Below are positions 49,301 to 62,509 of a DNA stretch of 64,000 nt, one piece after another. The position numbers and the translations under genes are program-made. This DNA comes from Neoechinorhynchus agilis. Lineage: Eukaryota > Animalia > Acanthocephala. Where the stretch lies: contig CM121342.1 in the NCBI GenBank assembly GCA_051530055.1, forward strand, positions 13,655,480 through 13,719,479. Direction: 5' to 3'. Each line of letters starts with the position of its first letter. Position 1 is the stretch's first letter. The notes under the pieces are model-generated. The model searched no databases and was not told the origin of the DNA. It saw nothing but the letters and a program-made list of their open reading frames with translations.

Positions 49301-52300
49301 TCTTAGATCGATATCGTAAAGATTAATTGAAAGGGCTCGCGCTCGACTCCTTAATTCTGGAAATACTTGTTTAAACAAAATGTCGCGTTCATTTTGCATA
49401 TCCAAAAATGTTGACGAGACAAATATTCGAACGTTACGCCATCTTGGTAAATCGGGAAAATGTCTTACTAACTCATTTTCAGTAAATAAATCTTCCTCCT
49501 TCAGTCCTTCAACCAATCCGAACTCTTGATCAATTTTATTGACCCGTTTCACTTGTGACTCTACATCTCGATCCGATAAATATCTTGAATAAACAAGTGA
49601 GAATCGAAACATAAAATCACAAAAAATACCTCAGTACTTTCTCAGATGCGCCTACAATGAATATATCATTCTTGGTGGTAGTTGGAAGCCCATTAACGTT
49701 AGAAAGAAAAAGGTTCATTGACAAAAGGTTAGAATTTTGAACTTGTCTATAATAGTCGATTGCTGCTTTGGTGGCGCTATACAAATCTAACGATTCCGAT
49801 ATTGTAACAATATTGTCAAGTTTCTATACATTTACATGTTATCGCTATCTTTAAGAAATGGAGAATACTTTGCATTCATTGTAAGGTGAAGCGAATTCCG
49901 TAACATATCCTCCATAATTTGATTTACCTCCTCCATGAATTTTGCACTCAATTTCTTCATTGCTATCCGAATAATCACTAACGTCAGATTCATCACTTTT
50001 CGAACTTGATTCGCTAGTGGATGTATCAACTTCTTTTTCTTCGTCCTTTTCGCTGTTTTCGGTTGATTCGCTACTGGATGTATCAACTTCTTTTTCCTCG
50101 CCCTTTTCGCTTTTTTCGGTTGAATCGCTACTGGATGTATCAACTTCTTTTTCTTCGTCCTTTGCGCTGTTTTCGGTTGATTCGCTACTGGATGTATCAA
50201 CTTCCTTTTCTTCGCCCTTTTCGATTTTTTCGATTGATTTATCTGGATACTTCGATGTACATTCACTTTGAAATTCCTTAATGATATATTTCCTGAGTTC
50301 GTTAATCACTTCAAGGTCCAATCGTGAACTATTGATTTCTATAATAGATAATGATTTTCCTCTGTAGAATAAAACCAGATCGCATATTTCGCATCGATAA
50401 TAAATAATTAAGGCTGACAGCACCTCCATCATCTCCTAAATCACAAAATAAAGCAACAAAATAAAGTGAAGTGACATATATAAATGCACTTTTCGAATCT
50501 CTTTTGAACCAAATTTCTAAAACTTAAAAATAGAAGATTTCGATGGAATATTTCATTTGTTATTATAACCGCGTTAAAATTCTTATTATTCGGTTTAAAG
50601 GTAATGTCAAGAATAAGCTAACGTATTATGCGCTGTGGGTATTCTACTTATAGAACATTAAATTATATTCCACAACCAAAAACGAAGGAAATGTTTTGCA
50701 GTTAAAACAGAAATATTTTATAACAGATTTTCAATCCCGCATAATTGCTTTTACAATTAAGTATAAGGCAGACGACCTAAAAATCGATATTAAAATATTT
50801 TAAGAGCCATCCGCATTATTTCTCAATGATGTACTGCTGTAGGATTCACGTATTGAAAAACTATTTAGAATATTATAAAAATGCATGTATTTTTATGTTG
50901 TCTATGTTCTGAAATGTATTATAATTTTGTACCTTCGAAGTTTTAGTTTCATGTCGTATTGTCGTCTTTTCATCAACTTTTGGATTAACGATATTCTCCA
51001 CGTCGACGATTACAATAGTTTTTCCCGGAATGACTGGAACGTCGTTTTCAACTGAAATTGAAAGCGCTTCAGATAATGCCATTTGCAATTGTTCATTGTA
51101 CTGGCGCCTATTGAAAAATTAAAACGTCCTATTGAATTTAAATACTTACCACTTGGGATTTTCGCTATAGCGACCAGAGTCCTCATATTGTTTTTTTAAT
51201 GCCATGTAAGCCTGATAAAATTGTTGCGGAAATTGTCTCGATTTTTTTACTTGCTCCTAACACACGCCATAAATGCACTTCAACGAGCTATTTTCTTACC
51301 TCATCTTTTATGATATTAATAACTTTAACAAAATGTTGATTGGATATTTTCTTATCTACAAGGTTTCGCAAGTTTCGAATTAGCGCCATGTAAGCAACCG
51401 CATTTTTGTCTATAGAAAGATAATAAGTAAAACACTTTTAGTAAATAGTATTTACCTAAAAGATTTTCCCATACATTAGCAGAGTTGCCATTTAAGCTTA
51501 ATTCTCTTTCCCAGGTGACTATCGGGTCGAATTTAATTTTTTTACCGGCCAATGATTCATCGAATTCGCCTGGTAACTCTGATGCAATGAATTCGTCGAC
51601 ATTTGATGGATATCTTTAGCAATTTAAGGGATAGTAGTTAACTTGAATAAAAGATAAGAAAAGCGCACCTTGCTTGAACAACTTTCATTACCTTATCTCT
51701 TGGGTACTTGATGTGTAATACCTTTACAGCGGTTTTCATCGTTAAGTTCTTCGCTTGTTTGTTTCGTCCTTCAATCATCTTTGGTATTCTTGCCAATGAT
51801 TTGTATTTCTCTATGAAACAAATATGAGAAGATGCAATTTATAAATAATGAAAAATTACGAAGGTGGAAATCGGAAAATTGTCCGAACTTTAGTTTCATT
51901 ACTTTAACCAAGCATTTTGGAATTGCTGCCTTTCCGCTTATTGCCTATTGCAGCAAATAACTTATTATGACAAAGACGAATTTTATTCGACGATTGATTG
52001 CGTTCTCAGTTAAGAGGTAATATTTGCAACGTAGTTTACGCAAATTGAGTATTTAAAGTGAATTTTAAAATTCAAACTTATTATTGGATATTTATTCGTA
52101 AATTTCCTTTTATAAATAGAGAAGGCCACAATTTCGTAAATTGCAACCTTGAAACCTATAAAATAAAGTTTTTAGAATTAATTTTTTGATAATGCTTTCA
52201 GCATAACCACAGAATTACAAGAAAAATGCATCGAAGTAAAATATATTAACGGAGAATAAAATCAATCATTAGATGTATAAATGCTAATTACTTTGTAAAA

Positions 52301-52997
52301 ATCAAGAACTTCCAACCAATCTGTGGGAAGATTGACAACTGAACCGAAGTATTTCGAAAGATAAGGACGACATGATTGCTCGGAACTTGAAAACGCGAGT
52401 AAAAGATTGGCAAGTGACCTAAAGTTCAATATATTCCTTATGTACAAAGAAGCCTGTACAAGAATGTCACAGTGGACAGATACAAAGTTTTAAACTCGCC
52501 TTCAATACGAACTCTGGATCATGATTTGATACATTACGGCAAAGATCGATGACCTCCGTTCTTGGACTCTGATCGAAACCTCGAAATCGTGTATTGTTCG
52601 CATAACTCAGAGCTGCATAATTCAGCAAATCATTTTTTGCTTTAACGATCAGATCAACGGTTTCCTTGATACTTCGAGTCATAATTTCCTTTTTTCCAAA
52701 ATCCATTCGAGGCGGCAAGTTGATTAAGAGATCAACATCCTCAGTGTCACTGAATTCCCTGCCACTTTCACTCTTCGGTTCAATATAAGCGTCTTTCTTT
52801 GCTTTCATGTCAAGGCGGTAACTTTTCACTTGTTTTCGTTTTGGGTAACACGGAGTTCCGTCAAGGACATCCAGCAAATTTGAGAGATTAACCGAGGGAG
52901 TCGAAGAACCACTGCTCGTGTCACGTTTTTCGGCTTCCTGAAGTCGCTTCCTTTGCAAGCGCTCGTAGGCGGCTAATATGCTTTCCTTATCAGACAT
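43400..52997 (-). CDS. TEP1: Telomerase/vault-associated protein TEP1 (TROVE, vWA-like, DUF4062, NACHT-like ATPase, WD40 repeats); multi-exon
   Basis: DPEFVLK|ASLYIR..LNFRSLAN.LLA...CRPYL..YF..VVNLPTDW (TROVE); WRNVRIFVSSTFLDMQNERD...DLRWGV (DUF4062); GSPGSGRS (Walker A); LILAVDG (Walker B); WD repeats; ends RLAVLTDRGQVFV. Confidence 0.93.
50006..50228 (-). repeat. In-frame 57-bp coding minisatellite (~4 copies) inside TEP1
   Basis: TTGA(T/A)TCGCTA recurs at 50006, 50063, 50120 and 50177; encodes (K)GEEKEVDTSSSESTENS-type 19-aa units. Confidence 0.92.
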
Positions 52998-54455
52998 TGC
53001 CCAGGAAAATAAGAATCTTCAAATGAAATCTTAAAGACAAAATTGGCCAAAGTTGCACTTTTTTCCAGGGTAAAACTCATGTAACCCTCGCATATTCTCT
53101 CGTTGTAAGCACTGAGACAATGACGAACTCAGGAGTCATCAATTTTGTCACGCACCGGAGAACATAGTTCGTTTAAATAAAAAAACGTTCAATAAAATTG
53201 GTTTTAGATTTATAGTCAACAACGCGCCAAATAAGTTTCTGTAAGGAAGTTGTTCATTCAAACAGATGTTCCTTAGTGATGAAAAGAATAGATATTGCGA
53301 CAATAAATCAATATATATTCTTCTCATCACCAAAGTACGCACGGAAAAGGTTTCGGCGTTTTCGCAATATTTTACATTTCTAGTAGTGAGACTTAAAATT
53401 TTTTTCCATCAGTTCCATATAGAGTTATTAAAATTTGAACGTAGCCATGATTCGGTTAATTTAAGTAGCGTGATTTAGTCCCTTTCTTTGAAAGATTAAG
53501 AATTCAACCATTAATTTTTTCATTTTCAAACTCCAATTCTAAATATCTCAGATTTCATTTATTTTACGAGGAGCTAAAAATTCCAAGCATTTATGGGATT
53601 TAAGGAAGATGCTAACAGCCGAAAATGTTAAAGTTTACATGACAAACCAAGTGTGCTCATATATAAATTGACGCCTATATTTCAACACCAACCTTTGAAA
53701 CTTTGTAGAAACTCGAATTGCTCACTTCATCTGAACTCATGGGTTTCATTTCGAAAATCTATTGCAGTTTAAAATCTGTATTTTTTTTATTCCATCTCAC
53801 GCCCGATCACTCTCCTAAACAATTATACTCTCAATTTCCGAAAACAATGTGAATCGCTTCCCACGTTAATATTGCACTGAGGGCATCGCCTGACTTTCTA
53901 AAATAATTGTGCTAACCGCCTAAAATACCAGTATTCTCTATTTCATTTACTCATTGGGTTCAGTGCACCAAGTTTCCTATCGCTTGAATATAAGGTAAAC
54001 GTTTCATTTCAATAGCCAAAATTTTAGTTTCAGTTGTAGTTTGCAAGGCTTCTAATTTGTTCAGCAGACCATCTAGATATAATGCATTCATCATCGTAAA
54101 CGACAGTAAAAATCTTTGATTCTACTACACAAGGCTGCCAAAAGGATAGAGTTCCAACTTTGACGATACATGAATACGACTTGACTACGAAAAATCGATA
54201 GCATGCAATTTGACGCGATCAGCATCGAGTTTTAACTTTCTGCTCTCATGTTCCACATTTCAAATTCATTATAGATCAGTACGATTGGTGCAAGCTAAAG
54301 CAGCTCTGAATTTAAAGTTTAATTTCCCTCAAAAGCTATTAAAACAAAAAGTGCTGCTATTACAAATATGCACCTAACTTGGTTTTGGAAACTAAACAAG
54401 AAGTCATAGCAACCGTCTACGATATTCATCAATGTACATGTTGTAGTGCAACAGA

Positions 54456-57184
54456 ATGATAGTGTTGATACTTTTTAGTATTCTAGGAGAATCTTTGGTA
54501 TCCACAGACAATCCAATAACGACTTGTTACCCCATGGATCTCACCGAATACAACGGAACACTTGATGTTACTGCCGATGGGCACAAATGCGTTAAATGGA
54601 AGGCTGTTAGAAGACGGTTGGGTAAATGGAAATCATCTTTACCCTATGAAATTTATCATTCAAACAAGTGCCGAAAGCTGTGGAGAATAGCTCCATTTTG
54701 CTATTTTAAAACATCTACAAAACAAGAGCTTTCGTTGTTTTTTCTCGTTTTCAGAGGCCTAAACATGCGAATGAGAATGGGCGACGAACATTATTTGATT
54801 GGAGCTTTTGTAATGTTAGACCATGTCCTACCCTTAATGTTTCGTTCAGCGAAGTACTAAAAGATATTCCGTGTACAACAACTATCGAATGTTATCACTC
54901 AATTTTGTCGGGTTCGAAGTGTTTTGATGGGAAATGTCAGTGTCCTAAGACACATCCTCGAATTGCTCGTAGTCGTAATCTCAAAACCTTTCGTTGTATT
55001 GGACTTAAAACGATGTCACCTTGTTCCAGTGATCAAGATTGTTTGACTTCTCGTATAAGTCAACGCCCAGACCACCGAGCTACAAACCTTTCATGCTTAT
55101 TTACACCCGAAAATTTCAATTCCTTTGAAAAAACAGGGCGCTGTGGTTGCGGAATGGATTCTATCCAAATGCTACGTGAGCACGTTAGTGCTGACTATTG
55201 TTTAAAAGCTACTGACCTTCTCGAATCATTAAATCAACGTCTGAACATTCAAAAATTGAATCAACACGTGGACGATGAAGCCATTCTAAACTCAATTGCA
55301 TTATTGGGTTGGTTCTTTAATCCAGAAAAATGATTTTAGAATCATCCGTGTATTGGGAGACGATTGCACAAACAGAACATGCTTGTTCAGTGCTAATTTG
55401 GAATGCGTCCGTCGAATTCGAGCCGACGGAGAAATCCAAGGAATGGTGTGCCAATGCTCCAAAGCTTCCGTACCAACTTTGGGAGGAATTACGGGTGGAT
55501 GTTCGGTCCCTAAAGGCTATATGCAGCGCTGTAACACCGACATGGACTGTAAGCCTAATTTTAGATGTACGAACTTTGTTTATCCTAACGGCGTTCAAAA
55601 ATCCCGAGTGTGTCGCTGCTCTGAACGCAATGCACAATTTAGTGCTGATTATTGGAGCGATGCTTGCATTTTATGCACAGAAAACGAATGTCAGTGCAGT
55701 GATAATTCTATGGTGGACGATGAGGTTACATCTTTGGATAGTACAATCAACAGTTGGGACGGTCATAGTTGTAGAATGCTGATAATACTCCTGTGGGGGA
55801 TGAGATATGGTCTTTGAGATTAGGAAACATAAATCCAATTTTTGCTACTAGGAAATGTAAAGCGAACTATAGCTAAAGATCGTTTCAGTTAATACGATGA
55901 AACAAAGTTTCGATTCTTTGGTTCAACGTATATTTTATCATTTTTTAAATGTTCCCCATAAATATTTTTTATAGCGCCCCATTTGTAGACATACTTTTGG
56001 ATATATAAAACGTATAATTAAATCTTAATGCCCTATTTGTAAGAACAAGAACCACGCATGGAACTACATTCCTAAAAAATTCTTTGTACGGGAGCAATAA
56101 TTGCAGTAGACGAAAGCCGATATTTGGCGATTTCTGTTCTGATCTTTTTCCATGTCAATCACAGCTCGGTCTAGAATGTTCCACTATAGAAGACGAGACC
56201 ATGACATGTTCCTGCACTGACGGTACAATATGGGATGGCACGCGATGCTTAGAATGTCAAAAGGATGAGATTCTTTACCGAAACAGTTGCATTCGAGTAT
56301 TTAACACGAATCTCGAGTGGCACGATGCCAATGAGTTCTGCTCGAATTCAGGTCTAAACGCATCGATGATGGTGTTCAGTGGTGATCCAAATGACTCTGA
56401 ACAAGTCACTGATTTCATCAATATATTACGATCAATTGACTCAACTGAGTTCTCACTAAACAGTCTTGTTTACTTTATTGGATACAAAATGATCTTCGAG
56501 CACAAAGACTCGTGTCTTAAGAAAAGAAAATCATTCGCTTCTTTAAGTCTTAACAACTTCGATTGCGTAAAGGACAATGCAGTTAGTTTTGAAGCCAAGT
56601 GTGGCAATGTCAAAAACTACATGAAGAGGCATTCATGGTGTATGGTGAATGAGTCGGGATACGAGTGGGACTATTGTGCAGTAAGTGCTTGCGAGTCCTT
56701 ATCATTTCAAAAAAATACGTCCGATTTCAAACGAAAAGATGAAGTTGCTACCATTTTTCGATCATCGTCGCGCAGTCCTGATCCTGAAATAATATCAGTC
56801 GAAAGGTTTGAAGGTGAGTTGCATGGCATTGACATTCCATTCGAAATAACAGCACCACCCACAAGGGAACAATGGAAGCTGGCTACTAAAAGTAATGAAA
56901 ATACTTCCTCAAAAATTGAACGTAATGTACCATACTGTTTAACATTATCCTTTTGGAGATTGACTGGAAAAATAAAAGCGACTGATGTGAAGTTTAATTC
57001 AACCTTTATAAGAGGCTTAATTGAAAATCGCCGTATTCTCGACCTTCAACCGTGCAACATGACTTTGTCTTTTATTTGTAGACGTGGAATATGGAATGCA
57101 GCTTCAATCCGACATCGAGATGGTTTGGCTACCAACCTTCCTGAATATACTGCTGTCGTAGCTGGACAAAAAAGGCGTAGATAA
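54456..57184 (+). CDS. Secreted mosaic protein: signal peptide, kringle-like domain, Cys-rich (EB-like) modules, C-type lectin; possibly two genes
   Basis: Hydrophobic N-terminus; CY....EYNG...TADGHKC..W...NKCR...PFCY...DWSFCNVRPC (kringle); C..C..GKCQC modules; WHDANEFC...C.....FIC (CTL). Joined by short introns. Confidence 0.75.
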
Positions 57185-57703
57185 CGGTCCACAATTTAGT
57201 TTATATATGATCAGTAAATCGTCCAGTATATGGATAGTCATTCCTTTTACCATTGAACGGGTTCAGACTAAACCATGCGAACTAAGGGAATTCTCTAGAA
57301 TGTAATAAATAGATCTTATACCAATCATAATATTTGTAATAAATTTAACGTTTCGCATTACACGAAAATCATTATCGAGCCAATCGTGGTCGTTCGAGAA
57401 CTTTAAATATATAGCCTGGTCCTTTTACAGGATGTCAAATCAACCCTCATTATAGCAAAAGCCTTTTAAATTGGTTCGAATTTCAAAGATCAAAACTATT
57501 CTCTTGCTCGTTTTAAGTTGTTGGTATCACCTAGAATTTAAAAAAGGAGAACGTATGCCTATATTGATTTTTCGACAACTTTCGTTTATTCCAAGCCCGA
57601 CATTTAATTTAAAAGCTGAAAAGTCAAGGTAATGAAATGCTAATTTGTTAGTATTTTACGGCTTCAAACAAATTTTCCTTTATTCCAGAATCTTATAGCT
57701 GAT

Positions 57704-60700
57704 TTATTTAACTGAAAATGTTGAAGATGAGTTTCGTTCTTCGCTTCTCTGTTGATGCTGATACGGCATCGGTTGTGGTTGTGATGCCCGTAGGTCGCTC
57801 TGAGAACTAAAAGCTGCCGGAACCGTAGATGGGTATTGTCCTTTAATGCTTTGTGGAGTCATGTATTGGTAGGCCGGATCCGGATGGCTGTTTATAGGTG
57901 CTCCAGTTGACTCATAGATGGGTAACGAGGGTTGCATCGGTGGATGTGGCATTGGCTGCTGATACATGTATTGAAAATTTTGCGGGTATAGTGCAGGTTT
58001 ATGAGGATTGGGATGACTACTGTCTTGCGGATAATGGTGGTTGCTGTAATGAGCCGGATACTGTTGAGGGTGTTGTAAATGTCCACCGAGTTCATATTGA
58101 GGGTCACCTATAAGTAAAAGCCATTACGCTTACCTCTTACAATTAGTTTCATTGTGGACATGGGATTTAAAGCAGGATAAAATCTGGAAATTATATGTTA
58201 CGAACGTCAAAAATGAATCATTTTCTGTATAACTCGTTCAAAAAAAACCTAAAATGAAATTTTTGTTAAAGACAAAAGCGCTAAATTAACGTTATCCCAA
58301 ACCAGTTTCAAACTCGTAAACCATGGCGTTATTTTTTTACTTACCGTGAAGGTAGATATGATTATAATAGTTTTCATTCGCATAATCCTTCGCATGATGC
58401 GATACTGTTCCCTGGAATGATGTGAATGAACCCATGGGATAGTATTTAAAGAAGTCCCATTACTTCGTATGTATGACTATCAAGAGATCCAGACCTTTTA
58501 TAAAGACGCAGGAATTCATCCATGCTAACTAAATTGTCTTTGTCTTCATCATACTAAAATCATCGAATGCAAGCAATAAAAAAAAGACGAAAACCTACAA
58601 ATCGCATGAACTCTTCGCGCATCCGATTGGCTTCCTCGTTTCTTTCAACATGATCGATGCCACTCGTGGAATTGAACGTATTGTCAATCTACAAAACGTA
58701 TAAATTCTTAACGTTAAAGAGCACAATAGATTACCTCCTTCTCAAATAAGGCGGTAACTTCGTTTGCGTCTAAATACCCATTCCCGTCGATATCTTAAGA
58801 TAGGAACTATCGAATTAAAAGTTAAGTGTAGATGGACCTATTGTATTGTGCCATTCAAAAGTGAAGCCACAGTGCCGAACAAGCTCATTTTCCCTTGAGC
58901 GTACTTCTAAATATGCTTTTCTCGGATATATGCTTTTATACTCATCCTATGTTGTTCTGATAAAAATTACTGTTAAGAGGCATTCATTATTTTATCATAA
59001 GAAATGGCAATCAAGTTTTCAATACCTCACTCAAATTGCACTTTTTAAGTGAGGAATTTTACTAAAAAGGTAGCTATCAATCAACTTTTTCTCTATGAAT
59101 CTCATTTCGAATTTTAAATAGGCAAAACAACTTCAGCCGCCACTTGCAGTTATAAAGTTTATGTTGACACGCAAAAAGTATCCTGTTATTAAGGGCTCGT
59201 TTATCGTGGCGTCTTTATAGTCGAATTCCAATGTTTGAAAAAACAAACCATGAAGCTTAAAGAAAGTAAGCGGATCGAAATGTTCAGGCTCCAGATTATC
59301 CATTTCTTGCCAAACTTTATTCAGTTGCTTTTTGCTTCCCTATGAAGTAAAGATTAAAAGGTCGTAAAATGGACGAGATATATCAAATATCTAACGGGTG
59401 GATCGAATTTAGTACTTTCAGCCACTTGCTTCATTAGCGATCTCCGTTGTTCAATCAACTCTTTCTGTTTATCAGGTTTCAAATGCTTCAATTAATTTGT
59501 GAAATTGAACGTGTTCAAAACGCAAAATTCACCCTAATACTTTTCAAGAACTTCTCGTGTTTGTGGTGCTCATAAACTTCAAAGGCAGCACGCCGGCGAC
59601 GGTCGATCTCATTTAAATCGTGACTTGCTCTTAATAAGAGTTTTCTCAGGTCCTTTTCTCCAAAAGTATCCCTTCGACTTTTCTTCCAATCTAGATATCC
59701 ATACTTCGATTTTTTTAATGTACCTATCAGACAAAAGGTATTGTGAAAATGTCGATATGTGAGGTACCGGGGAATGTGATTGGGATTATTGCTTAGGTCT
59801 ATACCCTGTAAATGATTATTTATTAAAGACGTTTCGAACCTCATCGGGTTCATCATCAGTTCTAAAATACAAGTGGATACGTCTTTAATAAGTAATCATT
59901 TACCGGGTGTAGACCTAAACAATAATTCCCAAAAGCATTGTGCTCTTTTCCAAGACAATACATCCTTATACCTCGAATACTTGATCGCGTCCCTAGAAAT
60001 GATGGATGGAGGTTATTAAGTGTAGAAGATGTGTTGAAATTAAGGATTTAAAAAATTTAAGAATAACATTTTGACCAATTTAATTGCATAAACTTCAAGC
60101 AAAATAGGATTTTCGATAAAAGTATAGTTGAGCCTATGGGAATCTTAGGTCTAGGACACAATCTGTTTTCCTTTTTATTCACAAAAATGCGTATTTAAAT
60201 AGATTTTTCATGTATCTGAAATTTTAACTGCTGCAGAACTACAATTTATCCAGACAGAATGTTTCCAATGGGTGTTCTGCTAATAATTCAAAGTATCGAC
60301 ATGACTTTTGTATATATTTCTAATTATATCGACATGTGAGATACCGGGGTTATATGATTAGAATTATTGTTTAGGTCTTCATCCGGTAAATGTTTTTTAA
60401 AGACGTTCTGCTAATTTCGTCGGGTTCAGCATCATTTTTTTAGTTACTAAAATACGCTCCTTTTAATATCTAACAAGCTGATAATGAATCCGAATTACCT
60501 AAACAATAATTCTAATTATATTTTTTTTTGTGACGGAACACTTGAAATATTTTATTAGGTGGCACAATATTGTGCCGATATATCCGACCTAGTAAATTAC
60601 TTCAAATTTTTCACTAACGTAAGATGTGTTATTCTTCGGAAATCTACATGCCATAGTTTACGTTGTTACCTAATAGTATAGATTGTTTGGAATCCGAAAT

Positions 60701-61325
60701 TGGATAAAATTGTTCAAAGGCTTCGAATTCGCATAAATTCAATTTTTTGATGTATTCCATGATTCTATATTCAGGTTAGTAAAAAGAATTATAATGCCAA
60801 TTTAGAGTTTAAAAACATCTTCGTTATTAAGTATCCAGATAAGCCTTGATTCTACTAGCGCTTAGAAAATGTACCTTTTAAAATTTTCTTCACTTTCTGT
60901 ATTTCCCGCTGCTTAGCTTCATCGAGCCAACTTCGGACATCGGAAGGCAGATTTTCCATTATGTAAGAAGTAGTGTTGCTGTTCAGAGACTGTAGGGGAA
61001 CTGAAATTTTTGTCGATTAAACTACTGCTCCCAAATTTACCCTAAATCCTTTATCCTCGATTTCCTCAAAGACGTCCTTTAACCTTTCTATCGCTGTTAT
61101 ATTCTCGTACACTTGGTTTAGATATTCAACATAAGACAGCTTGTCGAGCTAAATATTATTTTTAACTTTTACATATATTTGAAAAACGCATTGTACAATG
61201 TCGTTTGTTTCGTCCTTGTAATCACTCGGATTGTAAAATTTATCAAGTTCTTCGCTGAGTTGTTTTGCATCATCGAAAGTCCATAACATTGCCAGTAAAA
61301 GCAAAGCAATTGGTGATTGAATCAT
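57704..61325 (-). CDS. NUCB: Nucleobindin (NUCB1/2-like EF-hand Ca-binding protein), multi-exon, with Q/P/H-rich C-terminus
   Basis: Signal peptide MIQSPIALLLLAML; YVEYLNQV; SDVRSWLDEAKQREI; DLRKLLLRASHDL...FEVYE; GSKKQLNKVWQEMDNLEPEHFDPLTFFKLH|DIDGNGYLDANEVTALFEKE; second EF loop DEDKDNLVSMDEF. Confidence 0.9.
59782..59930. mobile_element. Intronic fold-back element (50-bp inverted arms enclosing a hammerhead core), Penelope pLTR-like
   Basis: 59782-59831 is the reverse complement of 59880-59930. A diverged sibling copy lies at ~60330-60516. Confidence 0.8.
59823..59865 (-). ncRNA. Minimal type I hammerhead ribozyme, sense to nucleobindin pre-mRNA
   Basis: TTAGAA-CTGATGA-T-GAACC(CGATGA)GGTTC-GAAA-CG-TC-TTTAA: canonical core, GUC triplet, palindromic ACGT stem III, weak stem I. 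Confidence 0.82.
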
Positions 61326-61432
61326 TGGTGGCGGGTTTTGCTGTTTAGTGGAAATTCGAAAGCAAGAGCATAAAACGAAAACAGAGTGTATCCAAGCTGG
61401 TGCTGCATTCTTTGAGTACTGTCATAAGAACA

Positions 61433-62113
61433 TTAAATCTCTTCGCGCAGATTGAAGTTGCTGCAAACTATTTCGATCACCTTTATTAATGGCAGATTGA
61501 TGGTACGTTTTGATTGCATTAAAAATTCCTTAAGATTATTCCGCGTTCTTAAAGATCTGAATATATTTCGGCATAAGATATTGATCCTCAAGAAATCACC
61601 TATCTGCTCGAAAAGCAACGAAAACCGTCGATATAGAAAATCGCCGCTCTAAAATATCTTGTTTTTTGCTTTTGTGACTTTGTTTACAAACTTTGCGGTG
61701 CATTGATTGACCTAATCTACCATTATAAATTTTTCGCCATTGTGCTTATCCGAAAATTGTTTAAATTCATAAATTGTTTTATTAAAATTCGACCCAAGTG
61801 CCGGTTTAAATCTCGAATTCCTCTTCCTTAACAGAATTGGATGTGCTAACGGAAGTCTGATCAGACTTAGAATCGATTATATCCTTCACATTTTGTTTAG
61901 CGAAGTGCGCACCCTTAAAAACATTCACAAGTGAAAGTGTGGCATTCAAAGACTTTTCTTCATTTAAATGAGAATCATTATCGCACGGAACGAGAATTCG
62001 TTTTGGCATTCCTTTTGCAATTGAGGACCAGGGTACATCTAAAAACCCAAACTATTGCATTCAATACGTCGAAAAGACAAACCTTCAACATACATTCTGA
62101 CCGAATATGGCAT
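61433..62113 (-). CDS. Spliced hypothetical protein directly upstream of nucleobindin
   Basis: ATG at 62113, then MPYSVRMYVE|DVPWSSIAKGMPKRIL across a clean ~44-nt GT-AG intron. Downstream exon structure is uncertain. Confidence 0.5.
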
Positions 62114-62509
62114 CGTAGCTTAGATTGAATCGAAAACGGAACGTGAAAAGTTTGCCATGGTAACCAAATTAGGAATATTCATGATAAGTAGAAGAGTTTA
62201 GGCCGAGGTAGTATTGATTGCAAAATTCAGCAGATATTTATTTTACCTATTTTAATTACAATGTTAAACATATGAATAATATATTTGGCATGAACTATGT
62301 CTTCACAGCTGATTGATTGGGTGATCACTAAGCTACCAAGCTGTATGTTCATCGTTCTTATGCTTTCTTAAAGGTTTCCTTGAGTTGTAACTTTGTTACA
62401 TTATTGATTCACTCCTTTGGTTTATAATGTTTTTCTCCTGTTCTTTGGATTCATGCCTTTGAAGAGATTGATAGTTGATTCCTTCATAAAATTATCAGTT
62501 TTAATCACA

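Noticed and set aside
49832-50281. Lys-rich histone-H1-like ORF and antisense repeat ORFs
   Set aside because: Alternative frames of the 57-bp TEP1 repeat; the acidic frame is the one continuous with TEP1.
59725-59856. N-terminal part of ORF 59515-59856 as coding
   Set aside because: It runs through the intronic hammerhead element; only the part below the acceptor at ~59724 matches nucleobindin.
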